DNA of 64,000 bases from Acidobacteriota bacterium (GCA_036337765.1 JAYZDP010000152.1:17-64016); one strand, 5' to 3'; counted from the first letter of the stretch, positions 48,887-59,671 are shown. Numbers and translations: made by a program. Notes: generated by a model not told the origin, from the sequence alone.

Positions 48887-50391
48887 CGGAGGCGCCAGCC
48901 GAGCCGGTGGTCCAGCATTGGATCGACGGCAAAGAGACGACCTCGCACAGCCTTCGGCAGGGTCCCGTCACCAACGCCGCGACTGGCGAGACCGTGCGGA
49001 CGGTCGCCCTCGCGACCGCCGACGAGGTCGACCAGGCGGTGCGCGCGGCCAAGGCGGCCTTCCCGGGCTGGCGCGATACCACCCCATTGCGGCGCGCCAG
49101 GATCCTCATGAAGGTCCGCGATCTGATCGAGGATCATCAGGGCGAGTTCGCGCGCGTCATCAGTGAGGAGCACGGCAAGACTGTGCCCGACGCCGCTGGA
49201 TCGACCCAGCGCGGCCTCGAGGTGGTCGAGTTCGCGACCGGCGTTCCCCACCTGCTCAAAGGCGAGCATGCCGAGAACGTCGGCACCGCCATCGACTCCC
49301 ACACCGTCAAGCAGCCGCTGGGGGTGTGCGTGGGCATCACGCCCTTCAACTTCCCGATCATGGTGCCGCTATGGATGATTCCGGTGGCGCTCGGCTGCGG
49401 CAACACCTTCGTCCTGAAGCCCTCGGAGAAGGACCCGTCGGCGAGCATGCTCCTCGCCCGCATCTTTCAGGAGGCCGGACTACCCGACGGGGTGCTCAAC
49501 GTAGTCCACGGAGACAAGGAGGCCGTCGACGCGCTCGTGACCCACCCGGACGTCGCGGCAGTGTCCTTCGTCGGCTCGACACCGATCGCCCGCTACATCT
49601 ACGAGACCGCGACTGCTCAGGGCAAGCGCGTCCAGGCCCTGGGGGGAGCAAAGAACCACGCCGTGGTCCTACCCGACGCCGATCTCGACGCCGCCGCCGA
49701 CGCACTGATCGGCGCCGCCTACGGCTCGGCTGGCGAGCGCTGCATGGCGATCTCGGCCGTCGTCGCGGTTGGCGAGGCTGGAGACGCTCTGGTGGAAAAG
49801 ATCGCCAACCGGGCGGCTGCGCTGCCGGTCGGCCCCGGCGATCGGCCGGGCATGGAGATGGGTCCTCTGGTCACCGCCGAGCACCTCGACCGCGTGCGCG
49901 GCTACGTCGATGCCGGTGAAGGCGAGGGGGCGAGCCTGGTCCTCGACGGCCGCGGTCTCGAGATCGAGGGCCACGCGGGCGGCCACTTCATCGGACCGAC
50001 GCTGTTCGACCACGTTACTGCGGACATGACGATCTACCGAGACGAGATCTTCGGCCCGGTCCTGGTCGTGGTGCGCGCCGAGTCCTTCAGCGAGGCCATC
50101 GAGTTGGTCAATGACAACCCATACGGCAACGGGACGGCAGTTTTCACCCGGTCAGGCGCCGCCGCCCGCCGCTTCGAGCACGAGATCCAGGTCGGCATGG
50201 TCGGCGTCAACGTGCCGATTCCGGTGCCGATGGCCTTCTTCTCGTTCGGCGGCTGGAAGAGCTCGCTGTTCGGCGATCTGCACGTGCACGGCGTCGAGGG
50301 CGTGAAGTTCTACACCCGTACCAAGGTCATCACGCGCCGTTGGCCCGAGCAACGGGAAGAGGTGAGCCTGTCGATGCCGACGATGGAGTGA
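48883..50391 (+). CDS. mmsA: Methylmalonate-semialdehyde dehydrogenase (CoA-acylating)
   Basis: Diagnostic ITPFNFPIMVPLWM motif. Catalytic Cys context AGERCMA. 502 aa. Confidence 0.85.
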   Translation: MTEAPAEPVVQHWIDGKETTSHSLRQGPVTNAATGETVRTVALATADEVDQAVRAAKAAFPGWRDTTPLRRARILMKVRDLIEDHQGEFARVISEEHGKTVPDAAGSTQRGLEVVEFATGVPHLLKGEHAENVGTAIDSHTVKQPLGVCVGITPFNFPIMVPLWMIPVALGCGNTFVLKPSEKDPSASMLLARIFQEAGLPDGVLNVVHGDKEAVDALVTHPDVAAVSFVGSTPIARYIYETATAQGKRVQALGGAKNHAVVLPDADLDAAADALIGAAYGSAGERCMAISAVVAVGEAGDALVEKIANRAAALPVGPGDRPGMEMGPLVTAEHLDRVRGYVDAGEGEGASLVLDGRGLEIEGHAGGHFIGPTLFDHVTADMTIYRDEIFGPVLVVVRAESFSEAIELVNDNPYGNGTAVFTRSGAAARRFEHEIQVGMVGVNVPIPVPMAFFSFGGWKSSLFGDLHVHGVEGVKFYTRTKVITRRWPEQREEVSLSMPTME

Positions 50392-50399
50392 GAGCACCT

Positions 50400-52361
50400 A
50401 TGAGCTCATCGAGACTATGCTTTGTCGCTTGCCTTTCCGCGGGGCTCCTCGGAGGGCCCCTGTCAGCCCAGCACGGTGCGCAGGGTGGCGACTGGTCGAG
50501 CTACCACGGCGATCTCGGCGCCGCGCAGTACGCACCCCACGATCAGATCGTCGCCTCGAACATCGACCTCGTCGGGCTCGCGTGGAGGTGGGCATCTCCC
50601 GACAACCCGATCGCCGCCGCGACCGAAGATCGGCGCATGATGCCCGGCGCCTACAAGGCGACACCGCTGGAGATCGATGGTCGACTCTACGTCAGCACCT
50701 CCCTCGGACAGGTGGCAGCGATCGACGCCAAGACAGGGGAGACGATCTGGGTCTTCGACACCAGGTCGAGGGAGTCGGGCCGGCCCAACAACTCCGGCTT
50801 CAATACTCGCGGTGTCGCCTACTGGACGGACGGCAACGACCAACGCATCCTCCATGCCGGCAGCGATTCGGGCCTGTGGTCGATCGACGCCAAGACGGGC
50901 GAGCCCGTCACCCGCTTCGGCCGCAAGGGCAAAGTCGATCTTCTCGAGACTCTGAGGCGCGAGACCAACCGCCGGATCTACTCGATCGTCGGCGCGCCAC
51001 TCGTGGTCGGCGACATCGTCGTGCTTGGCTCGGCCATCTTCGACGGCCCGACCCGCAAGGAGATGCCGCCAGGCGACGTGCAGGCGTTCGACATACGGAC
51101 CGGCGAGCTCGCCTGGACCTTTCACAACCCGCCGCTGGCGGGTCAGCGCGGCTACGACACCTGGGAGAACGGCTCGGCCGACTTCACCGGCAACGCCAAC
51201 ATCTGGACCAACCTGTCGGCCGACGAAGAGCTGGGTCTGGTGTATCTGCCCTTCGGCACTCCGACCAACGACTGGTACGGCGGCCACCGACTCGGCGATG
51301 GCCTGTTCGGCGAGTCGATCGTGTGCGTGAAGGCCGAGACCGGGGAGTACGTCTGGCACTTCCAGCTCATCCATCACGGCCTGTGGGACTATGACCCAGC
51401 CTCGGCACCGACGCTGTTCGACGCCGTTATCGACGGCCGCCCGCGCAAGGCAGTCGTGGTGGTGACCAAGCAAGGCTTCGCATACACGTTCGATCGTGTG
51501 ACCGGAGAGCCGATCTGGCCGATCGAGGAGCGTCCGGTGCCCCAGTCGGACGTGCCCGGCGAACGCTCGTCGGCGACCCAGCCCTTCCCCACTAAGCCAC
51601 CGCCCTTCGAGTCCCAGGGAATCTCAAACGAGACGATCATCGACTTCACCCCCCAGATCCGCGCCGAGGCGATTAAGACTCTCGAGCGCTATCGCTGGGG
51701 TCCGATCTACACCCCGCCAGCCGTGTCGACCGACGAGATCTACGGCACGGTCCAGAACCCGGGCTGGGGCGGCGGCAGCAACTGGGGTGGCGCCGCCACC
51801 GATCCCGAGACGGGCATGCTCTTTGTACCGTCGTTCTCCGAACCGATGGTGGTGGCGCTGACCAAGCCCGACGCGGCGCGCTCGAACTTCGACTACGTGC
51901 GCGGCTTCGGCCCGGATCCAGTCAACTCGTTCGCCGAGATGATGTCGTCGCCCTACGGTTCGATCCAGGGCCCGCACGGCTTGCCGATCGTCAAACCTCC
52001 ATACGGGCGGATCACGGCCTACGACATGAGCCGCGGCGAGATCGCGTGGCAGGTACCGCACGGCGACGGGATTCGTCAGGAGATCATCGACGCCGGCCTT
52101 CCGGATCCAGGGCCGGTGGGGTCGGTGGGAACGTCGGGACCGCTGCTGACAAAAGGCCTGCTCTTCCTCAACCAGACCGATGACTCTGCGGCAGGACGGA
52201 TCGTCGCTTACGACAAGACCTCAGGTCGCGTCGCCGGCGCCATCGAGGTACCCGGCCGCCCGAACGGCACGCCTATGAGCTACATCGCCGGCGGCAAGCA
52301 GTACATCGTGGTCGCGACCGGGGGCGAGGACGCGGCGCTGGCAGCATTCGCTCTACCCTGA
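50400..52361 (+). CDS. PQQ-dependent dehydrogenase, beta-propeller quinoprotein, secreted
   Basis: Signal peptide. GGDWSSYHGDLGAAQY start. Start chosen at MSSSRLCFVA. Confidence 0.85.
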   Translation: MSSSRLCFVACLSAGLLGGPLSAQHGAQGGDWSSYHGDLGAAQYAPHDQIVASNIDLVGLAWRWASPDNPIAAATEDRRMMPGAYKATPLEIDGRLYVSTSLGQVAAIDAKTGETIWVFDTRSRESGRPNNSGFNTRGVAYWTDGNDQRILHAGSDSGLWSIDAKTGEPVTRFGRKGKVDLLETLRRETNRRIYSIVGAPLVVGDIVVLGSAIFDGPTRKEMPPGDVQAFDIRTGELAWTFHNPPLAGQRGYDTWENGSADFTGNANIWTNLSADEELGLVYLPFGTPTNDWYGGHRLGDGLFGESIVCVKAETGEYVWHFQLIHHGLWDYDPASAPTLFDAVIDGRPRKAVVVVTKQGFAYTFDRVTGEPIWPIEERPVPQSDVPGERSSATQPFPTKPPPFESQGISNETIIDFTPQIRAEAIKTLERYRWGPIYTPPAVSTDEIYGTVQNPGWGGGSNWGGAATDPETGMLFVPSFSEPMVVALTKPDAARSNFDYVRGFGPDPVNSFAEMMSSPYGSIQGPHGLPIVKPPYGRITAYDMSRGEIAWQVPHGDGIRQEIIDAGLPDPGPVGSVGTSGPLLTKGLLFLNQTDDSAAGRIVAYDKTSGRVAGAIEVPGRPNGTPMSYIAGGKQYIVVATGGEDAALAAFALP

Positions 52362-52429
52362 CCGGCCCCGGTAGACAGCCAGTGCGGGTGTACGATCCGC
52401 AGCGCATACCTGGATCAAGGAGACTGCAC

Positions 52430-54058
52430 ATGGCTCAGCGACCCTCTCGGAGCTACGGGTTCACTCTACTGCCGGCGCTGTCGCTGCTGCTGGGCACCAC
52501 CGCCGGCGCCCAGCAGGAACCGGTCGACTTCGAGCGGCAGATCCGTCCGATCTTCGCTCGCTACTGCTACACCTGCCACGGACCGGACCGTGCGACCCGT
52601 GAGGCGGAGCTCCGACTCGATCGCAAAGAGTTCGCCTTCAAGGAGCTGGGCGCCGGCTACCACACGATCGTGCCAGGCAAGCCCGACGAGAGCGAGGTCT
52701 ATGCACTGATCTCGTCGGAGTTCGCAGAAGATCGCATGCCGCCGTACGAGGCGGGCGTCGAGCTGCCAGGCCGTGCGATCTCCATCATCCGTCGGTGGAT
52801 CGCGGAGGGCGCGAGCTGGCCCGACGGCATCGACGACAACCCGCTGCCGGCCTCCGCGAGACCGCCCGGAATCCCTCGGGTCCAACTGCCGGATGAGTCG
52901 ATCATCGTCCACACCCACGAGATCCCGCAGGTACGGGTGCGAGTGCTCACGAAGGGACTCTCCCATCCCTGGTCGATCTCATTCCTGCCAGAGGGCGACC
53001 TTCTCCTCACCGAGCGCAGCGGAGAGCTGCGTATGTACCGCGACGGAGTGCTCATGCCGGATCCGGTCGAGGGCGTCCCCACCGACATCGTCGCCCGCGG
53101 CCTGTCGGGGATGATGGAAGTCGCCGTTCATCCGGACTTCGCCGAGAACCAGACCATTTTTCTCACGTACACGCGCCAACTCGGCGAGCGCAACGGCACG
53201 GTGGCACTGGTGCGGGGACGTCTCGACCGCATGACGCTGACCGATGTCGAAGACGTCTTCGTGGCCGACCCTTGGATGGGCGAGGTGGACAGCGCCGATC
53301 CGAACGCCTTTCTCAGCTTCACCGCCGCCGCGCGCCTCGCCTTCGCACCCGACGGCACGCTCTTCATGTCGATGGGAGGCGCCTTCGGCGTCGAGCGCGA
53401 CGATGGCACCTCGAGCTTCTTCGGCAACGCCATGCTGGCGCAAGACCCGATGAGCCATGCAGGCAAGCTACTGCGGCTCAACCAGGACGGCTCCGCTCCG
53501 GCCGACAATCCGTTCCACGGCAAGGTGGGCTACAAGCCCGAGATCTACTCGATGGGGCACCGCAACCAGCAAGGCTTGGCGCTTCATCCCGAGACCGGCA
53601 TGCCCTTCGCGACCGAGCACGGCGTGCAGGGCGGCGACGAGCTCAACGCGATCGAGTCCGGGGGCAACTACGGCTGGCCCGTCGTCTCTTACGGCCGTCA
53701 CTACGACGGCCCACGCATCGCCAAGCAGTTCTGGCGGGACGGCTTCAAGGAACCCACGGTGTTCTGGGTGCCCTCGATCGGACCTTCGGGTTTGGCCTTC
53801 TACACCGGCGACAAGTTCCCGGAGTGGAAGGGCAACTTGTTCGCGGGCGCAATGATGGAGGGCCGGATCCCACGCACGGGAAGCCTGCAGCGGATCGCCT
53901 TCAACGAGCAGGGCGAGGAGCTTCAACGCGAGTCGATGCTCGGCGAGCTGCGCCAACGGATCCGCGACGTGCGCCAGGGCCCGGACGGCTTCATCTACCT
54001 CCTCACTGAGGAGAACCAGGCCGCCCTTCTGCGTCTCGAGCCCGTCACCGTCGAGTAG
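52430..54058 (+). CDS. Planctomycete-type cytochrome c domain fused to a PQQ-dependent sugar dehydrogenase (GSDH/sorbosone DH beta-propeller)
   Basis: AAGGAG RBS. Signal peptide. FERQIRPIFARYCYTCHGPD heme motif. GSDH motifs (LSHPWSISFLPEGDLLLTERSGELR, MGHRNQQGLALHP). Confidence 0.8.
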   Translation: MAQRPSRSYGFTLLPALSLLLGTTAGAQQEPVDFERQIRPIFARYCYTCHGPDRATREAELRLDRKEFAFKELGAGYHTIVPGKPDESEVYALISSEFAEDRMPPYEAGVELPGRAISIIRRWIAEGASWPDGIDDNPLPASARPPGIPRVQLPDESIIVHTHEIPQVRVRVLTKGLSHPWSISFLPEGDLLLTERSGELRMYRDGVLMPDPVEGVPTDIVARGLSGMMEVAVHPDFAENQTIFLTYTRQLGERNGTVALVRGRLDRMTLTDVEDVFVADPWMGEVDSADPNAFLSFTAAARLAFAPDGTLFMSMGGAFGVERDDGTSSFFGNAMLAQDPMSHAGKLLRLNQDGSAPADNPFHGKVGYKPEIYSMGHRNQQGLALHPETGMPFATEHGVQGGDELNAIESGGNYGWPVVSYGRHYDGPRIAKQFWRDGFKEPTVFWVPSIGPSGLAFYTGDKFPEWKGNLFAGAMMEGRIPRTGSLQRIAFNEQGEELQRESMLGELRQRIRDVRQGPDGFIYLLTEENQAALLRLEPVTVE

Positions 54059-54092
54059 AACAAAACAGAGAATTATAAGGGGGAGCAAGGAC

Positions 54093-54272
54093 ATGAAAGT
54101 TCTTGTAGGTTTAACCACTTTAGTTTTTCTCTCAACAGTGGTTTATGCATATTCAAGTTACGAGCATTCTAGAGACGGTTCCAGTGTTGCCTGTGGAGGT
54201 GAATATTCAAGTTACGAGCACTCCAGAGATGGAACTTCTGTTTGTGCCGGAGGCAGACATTCAAGTTACTAG
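54093..54272 (+). CDS. Small Sec-secreted tandem-repeat peptide (59 aa) encoded in an AT-rich islet
   Basis: AAGGGGGAG RBS. Signal MKVLVGLTTLVFLSTVVYA. Repeats YSSYEHSRDGSSVACGGE / YSSYEHSRDGTSVCAGGR / HSSY*. A/T-ending codons unlike every other gene in the window. Confidence 0.4.
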   Translation: MKVLVGLTTLVFLSTVVYAYSSYEHSRDGSSVACGGEYSSYEHSRDGTSVCAGGRHSSY

Positions 54273-54300
54273 CATTCTAGAGATGGGAGTATCCTCGCGG
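54152..54300 (+). repeat. Approximately 2.8 copies of a 54-bp tandem repeat (TATTCAAGTTACGAGCAYTCYAGAGAYGG...)
   Basis: Direct reading of the sequence. The third copy carries a GAG->TAG change that creates the stop. Confidence 0.7.
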
Positions 54301-54323
54301 AGCCAGCGGCTCAGGACGGTCAA

Positions 54324-54882
54324 GTGATGAATCTGTCGCGCAGCGGGGTGCTTCTCGAAAAGCCTCCGGTAGCAATCGGCACGAGGGTCCGAGTGGGATT
54401 TCAGGGACTGGAGGCCAGTGGAACGGTCGTACGAGAGATCAGCGCCGTCGGTTCCGCGAAGCACCTCGGGGCAGCCGTCCGTTTCGATGAGGTGCAGCAG
54501 TCGGGGGGATGGCTCGTTGGGTAGCGAACAGACCCCCAGAAGGGCTTCTCGCGTCCGCTCCGTCCATCTAGTTGCCTACACCGACAAGACTCGTGAGCGA
54601 GAAACGGCGTCGATCTCGTTGGGCAAGACGCTCGACCTGAGTCCTTTTGGCATTCGCATTGAAGTCAACGAAAGGCTGGAGGAGGGGGACCTTATCGAGC
54701 TCGAGATTGGCGTTGGCGACAAACTGATTCAAGCCGAGGCGCGAGTGGTTCACGTCCCTCCACTCTTCACCGATGAAGGGCTCCGTTTCGAAGTGGCCGA
54801 GGGCGGCTGCTTCAAGGTTGGTGCCGAGTTCACGAGCATTGCTGACGAGGACCGAGCCGTTCTCATCTCCCTTGCGGATTAG
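54324..54882 (+). CDS. Tandem PilZ-like protein (degenerate PilZ half + canonical PilZ) split by a frameshift at a G6 run (~54496-54501)
   Basis: Part A 54324..54524: GTRVRVGF...GTVVREI...AAVRFDEV. Part B in the +1 frame to 54882: PRRASRVR, DLSPFGIRIEV, ARVVHV. Confidence 0.5.
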
Positions 54883-55155
54883 CGCGACGAGCGACGAGCG
54901 GACGTATCCACCGCTAGAGAAGCGGATTGAGCAATCCGGATGTTCAGCGCTTCCTACCCGCGTTGAGGGGAAGCGCCCCGCGTTTACTCAAGTCACTGGC
55001 TGTCAAGTGGTCGGTGGCGTTGCCTACGGGCGAACGAGCGTTCGTCAAGTCCGGCACGAACGAGTTGCTCTCGGTCGAACGCGCATTGACCCTTCCGCGG
55101 GCCACTGTTACCTTCCGTCTCCCACACGATCTGAATTGACAGGGAGACCACATCC

Positions 55156-56346
<1,191 letters not shown>

Positions 56347-56368
56347 GGATCGAGCCGGGGATCGCCGG

Positions 56369-57784
56369 TCAGCCGGCCGGCTGCTCGACGAGAGAGCCGT
56401 CGGCCGGAACCGCTGGCCTCCTTCGCACCGCCGAGCGAAGGGCGGAACGCCACCAAACCAGGGCGACGACGGCCGATACCCAGCTACCGACGATGATCGC
56501 CATCCAGACGTACTGGATCGGCCGGTCGAAGGCAAAAGCGAAGATGCCGGCCAGCGGCACCGAAATCAATAGCACCCGCAACAGGCTCAGAACGAGCTCA
56601 GGGGTGCCACGGTCGAGGCCCTGCTGCGCTCTACCTAGAAGGATCGAGAACGGGAACGCGACGAACGCGAGTGTGGCGTAGCGCAGGTACTGGACCGCAA
56701 CGACACGAATCGCCTCGGAGTCCGTGAAGGGGGCGACCAACCAGGGCGCGAAAGCCAGAAAGAAGGCTGACATCGTGACCGCGATCAACACCGCCTGCTT
56801 GATCGCGTAGTTCGCGATCTCCTCCACCAGCTCGAGCCGCTTGGCGCCATAGAACATTCCGACCAGCGTGACGAGCGCCGACGCGATGGAGACGATCGGA
56901 AGCACTACGAGATGGTCGATGCGAGTTCCGACCTGCAGCCCTGCGACGGCGTCGGGGGAGTACTCTACGAGGATGCGGTTGAAGGTGCCGCCCCCGGCTG
57001 ACATCACCAAGAACGACAACGACGCCGGCGCGCCGATGCGAACGAGGTCGCGAACGATCTCGCTGCGGAGGCGGAAGTTGCGGTACGACAGGTCCACGTG
57101 GATTCGCTTCCTGATGAATAGCAGGTAGGCAAACGTCAACATCACAGCGGCCTGGGTGACGACGGTGGCGACGGCAGCGCCGCGAATGCCCATGTCGAGG
57201 CTGAAGATGAAGATCGGATCGAGCACAATGTTCGTTGCCGTGCCGATTCCCGAGATGATCACCGGTAACTTCACCTCGCCCTCGCCCGAGAAGAGCGATC
57301 GGAAGAGGATCGCCTGGACCTGGAAGACGAACCCTGCCACCACCACCGAGAAGTATTGCCAGGCGAACGGCAAGATCTCCTCGGGAACGCCGATTCCGAG
57401 TAGCAGGCGCTCCCCATAGACCAATCCGACTGACACGAAGCCGATCGTGAGCAGCACCCCGACCAGCAGCGCGTGCTGCGCGATTCGACTGGCCCGACGC
57501 TGATCCTTCGCGCCGATCGCCTGCGCGATCATCGCGGTAACGGCGCTGCCGAGCCCGAAGGTCGAGCCCATGGCCAGAAACAGCAGCGGCATGGTGAACG
57601 ACACCGCAATCAGGGCGTCGGGGCCGAGCATGCCGACGAACACCATGTCGGCGATCATGTAGGCGGTGTAGATCGACATGCCGACCATGATCGGCAGCGA
57701 CAGGGTCCACAGCGCCTTGCGCGGGTTGCGCTGGAACTCTTCCAGGCGCGCTCCGGCGCGGTCCTGATTCGCGGGTTCGCTCAT
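56369..57784 (-). CDS. MATE-family efflux transporter
   Basis: Twelve predicted TM helices. MATE N-terminal pattern (LWTLSLPIMVGMSIYTAYMIADMVFVG). Start chosen at MSEPANQ. Confidence 0.85.
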   Translation of the reverse strand: MSEPANQDRAGARLEEFQRNPRKALWTLSLPIMVGMSIYTAYMIADMVFVGMLGPDALIAVSFTMPLLFLAMGSTFGLGSAVTAMIAQAIGAKDQRRASRIAQHALLVGVLLTIGFVSVGLVYGERLLLGIGVPEEILPFAWQYFSVVVAGFVFQVQAILFRSLFSGEGEVKLPVIISGIGTATNIVLDPIFIFSLDMGIRGAAVATVVTQAAVMLTFAYLLFIRKRIHVDLSYRNFRLRSEIVRDLVRIGAPASLSFLVMSAGGGTFNRILVEYSPDAVAGLQVGTRIDHLVVLPIVSIASALVTLVGMFYGAKRLELVEEIANYAIKQAVLIAVTMSAFFLAFAPWLVAPFTDSEAIRVVAVQYLRYATLAFVAFPFSILLGRAQQGLDRGTPELVLSLLRVLLISVPLAGIFAFAFDRPIQYVWMAIIVGSWVSAVVALVWWRSALRSAVRRRPAVPADGSLVEQPAG

Positions 57785-57862
57785 GGTGGGACCGCCCCAG
57801 GTCGCGCAGGCTAGCACCTTCCCTGCAACGGGCCGGTACACTGCGCTGCCTAGGAGGTTCAC

Positions 57863-59110
57863 ATGGCGGACTCGAAAGTCGGAAGTGGCGGGGTCGACCC
57901 GGCACCGGCAGCCGACAGGCCCAGCCGGCGCTCATTCCTGAGACACGCCGGCGTCGCCGCGGCGGCTGCAGCCGCAGGGGGTACGACGACCGCCGCGCAG
58001 ACGGCGCGTCAATTGGGAGCCACTCCGCGGGAGCACGGCGAGCGGTCACCCCACGTTGGCTCGAAGCGATGGAGCCGGGCACCGGACGCAACGGCCTCGT
58101 CGTCGAACTCTCCGCTCGCTGACTCGGTGGGCATCGTTACGCCCTCGGATCTGCACTTCGAGCGCCACCATACCGGCGTGCCCGAGATCGATCCGGCCGA
58201 GCACCGTCTACTGATCCACGGTCTCGTCGAGCGGCCCCTGGTGTTCACGATGGACGACCTCGTCCGGCTGCCAGCCGTGTCGCGTTTCCACTTCGTCGAG
58301 TGCTCAGGCAACAGCGCCGCCGAGTGGCGGCCTCCCGGACGCCCGAACGTGCAGATGAGCCACGGCCTCGTGAGCTGTAGCGAGTGGACCGGAGTGCTGC
58401 TTTCCGACCTGCTAGACGAAGTCGGAGTGCAGTCGAGGGCGAGCTGGATCGTCGCCGAGGGAGCCGACGCGGGTCGCATGAGCCGCAGCGTGCCGCTACA
58501 GAGAGCGCGCGACGACGTCATCCTCGCCTACGGCCAGAACGGCGAGGCGGTGAGGCCGGAGCAGGGTTACCCGCTTCGCCTGCTGGTACCGGGATGCGAG
58601 GGCAGCCTCAACGTCAAGTGGCTGCGCGGGATCGAGGTGGCGAGCCTGCCGGCGATGGCGCGCGACGAAACCTCCAAATACACCGATCTGCTACCGGACG
58701 GCCGAGCCCGCCAGTTCACCCTGGTGATGGACGCGAAGTCGGTCATCACCGACCCCTCGGGCGAGCAGAAACTGAATGCTCCGGGCTTTCACGAGATCCG
58801 CGGCCTGGCGTGGTCGGGTCGCGGCCGCATCGATCGGGTCGAGGTCTCCACCGACGGCGGTGGCCGCTGGGTCGACGCCGAGCTGCAGGAGCCACGCCTG
58901 CCGAAGGCGTTCACGCGCTTCCGGCTGCCATGGCGGTGGCAGGGGGCGGAGCACGTCGTGATGTCGCGCGCGACCGACGAGACGGGCTACGTCCAGCCCA
59001 CTCTGGCTGCGCTGATCGAGGCGCGCGGGATGTCGACCATCTACCACCACAACGCCATCAAGCCCTGGCAGGTTCACGCCAGCGGCGAGGTCACGAATGT
59101 CGAGGTGTAG
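57863..59110 (+). CDS. sorA: Sulfite dehydrogenase/oxidase-family molybdopterin subunit, Tat-exported
   Basis: Tat signal SRRSFLRHAGVAAAAAAAGG. HFERHH motif. Mo-ligand ECSGN motif. Confidence 0.8.
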   Translation: MADSKVGSGGVDPAPAADRPSRRSFLRHAGVAAAAAAAGGTTTAAQTARQLGATPREHGERSPHVGSKRWSRAPDATASSSNSPLADSVGIVTPSDLHFERHHTGVPEIDPAEHRLLIHGLVERPLVFTMDDLVRLPAVSRFHFVECSGNSAAEWRPPGRPNVQMSHGLVSCSEWTGVLLSDLLDEVGVQSRASWIVAEGADAGRMSRSVPLQRARDDVILAYGQNGEAVRPEQGYPLRLLVPGCEGSLNVKWLRGIEVASLPAMARDETSKYTDLLPDGRARQFTLVMDAKSVITDPSGEQKLNAPGFHEIRGLAWSGRGRIDRVEVSTDGGGRWVDAELQEPRLPKAFTRFRLPWRWQGAEHVVMSRATDETGYVQPTLAALIEARGMSTIYHHNAIKPWQVHASGEVTNVEV

Positions 59111-59654
59111 CGCAACCTGCCGTCTGGGGCGTGCGGCGGTGGCGCTCCTGGTCGCGATGCTCGCGGCGACCGCGATCGCGGCGCAGGAGCGACGGTTCGA
59201 CGTCGGGCACGCGCCGACGAGCGAGGAGTTCGGGGCCTGGAGTGGGAGCGCCTTCCCCGACGGCACCGGCCTCCCGCCCGGCCAAGGCACCGCACGCGAA
59301 GGTGCCGCGCTGTACCGAGAGGCCTGCTTCGTCTGCCACGGCCACAACGCCCGTGGCGACCAGGCGGCGGCACTCGTCGGCGGACGAGACACCCTGACCG
59401 AGTCACGCCCGAAGCGCACGGTCGAGAGCTACTGGCCCTACGCCACGACGCTGTGGGACTACACCAAGCGTTCCATGCCCTACGAGGAGCCGGGGTCGCT
59501 CACCGACGACCAGGTCTACGCGGTCGTCGCCTACGTGCTAAACCTCGCCGGCCTGGTGGAAGAGGACGAGATCGTCGACGCCGATTCGCTGCCTCAGATC
59601 CGAATGCCGAATCGCGACGGCTTCATTCCAGACTCGCGTCCCGATACCCGATAG
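59097..59654 (+). CDS. sorB: Sulfite dehydrogenase cytochrome c subunit
   Basis: Signal peptide. CFVCHG heme motif. Overlaps the sorA 3' end by 14 nt. Confidence 0.75.
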   Translation: MSRCSATCRLGRAAVALLVAMLAATAIAAQERRFDVGHAPTSEEFGAWSGSAFPDGTGLPPGQGTAREGAALYREACFVCHGHNARGDQAAALVGGRDTLTESRPKRTVESYWPYATTLWDYTKRSMPYEEPGSLTDDQVYAVVAYVLNLAGLVEEDEIVDADSLPQIRMPNRDGFIPDSRPDTR

Positions 59655-59671
59655 CGGCCCGGATACTCCGT

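Noticed and set aside
54145-54327. Alternative 60-aa ORF (MHIQVTSILE...) over the tandem repeats
   Set aside because: It has no RBS or signal peptide. The overlapping frame from 54093 has a strong SD and a Sec signal, so that one is preferred.
54927-55139. 70-aa ORF upstream of the thiolase gene
   Set aside because: No recognisable motifs and no RBS. It is probably the non-coding leader of the thiolase gene.
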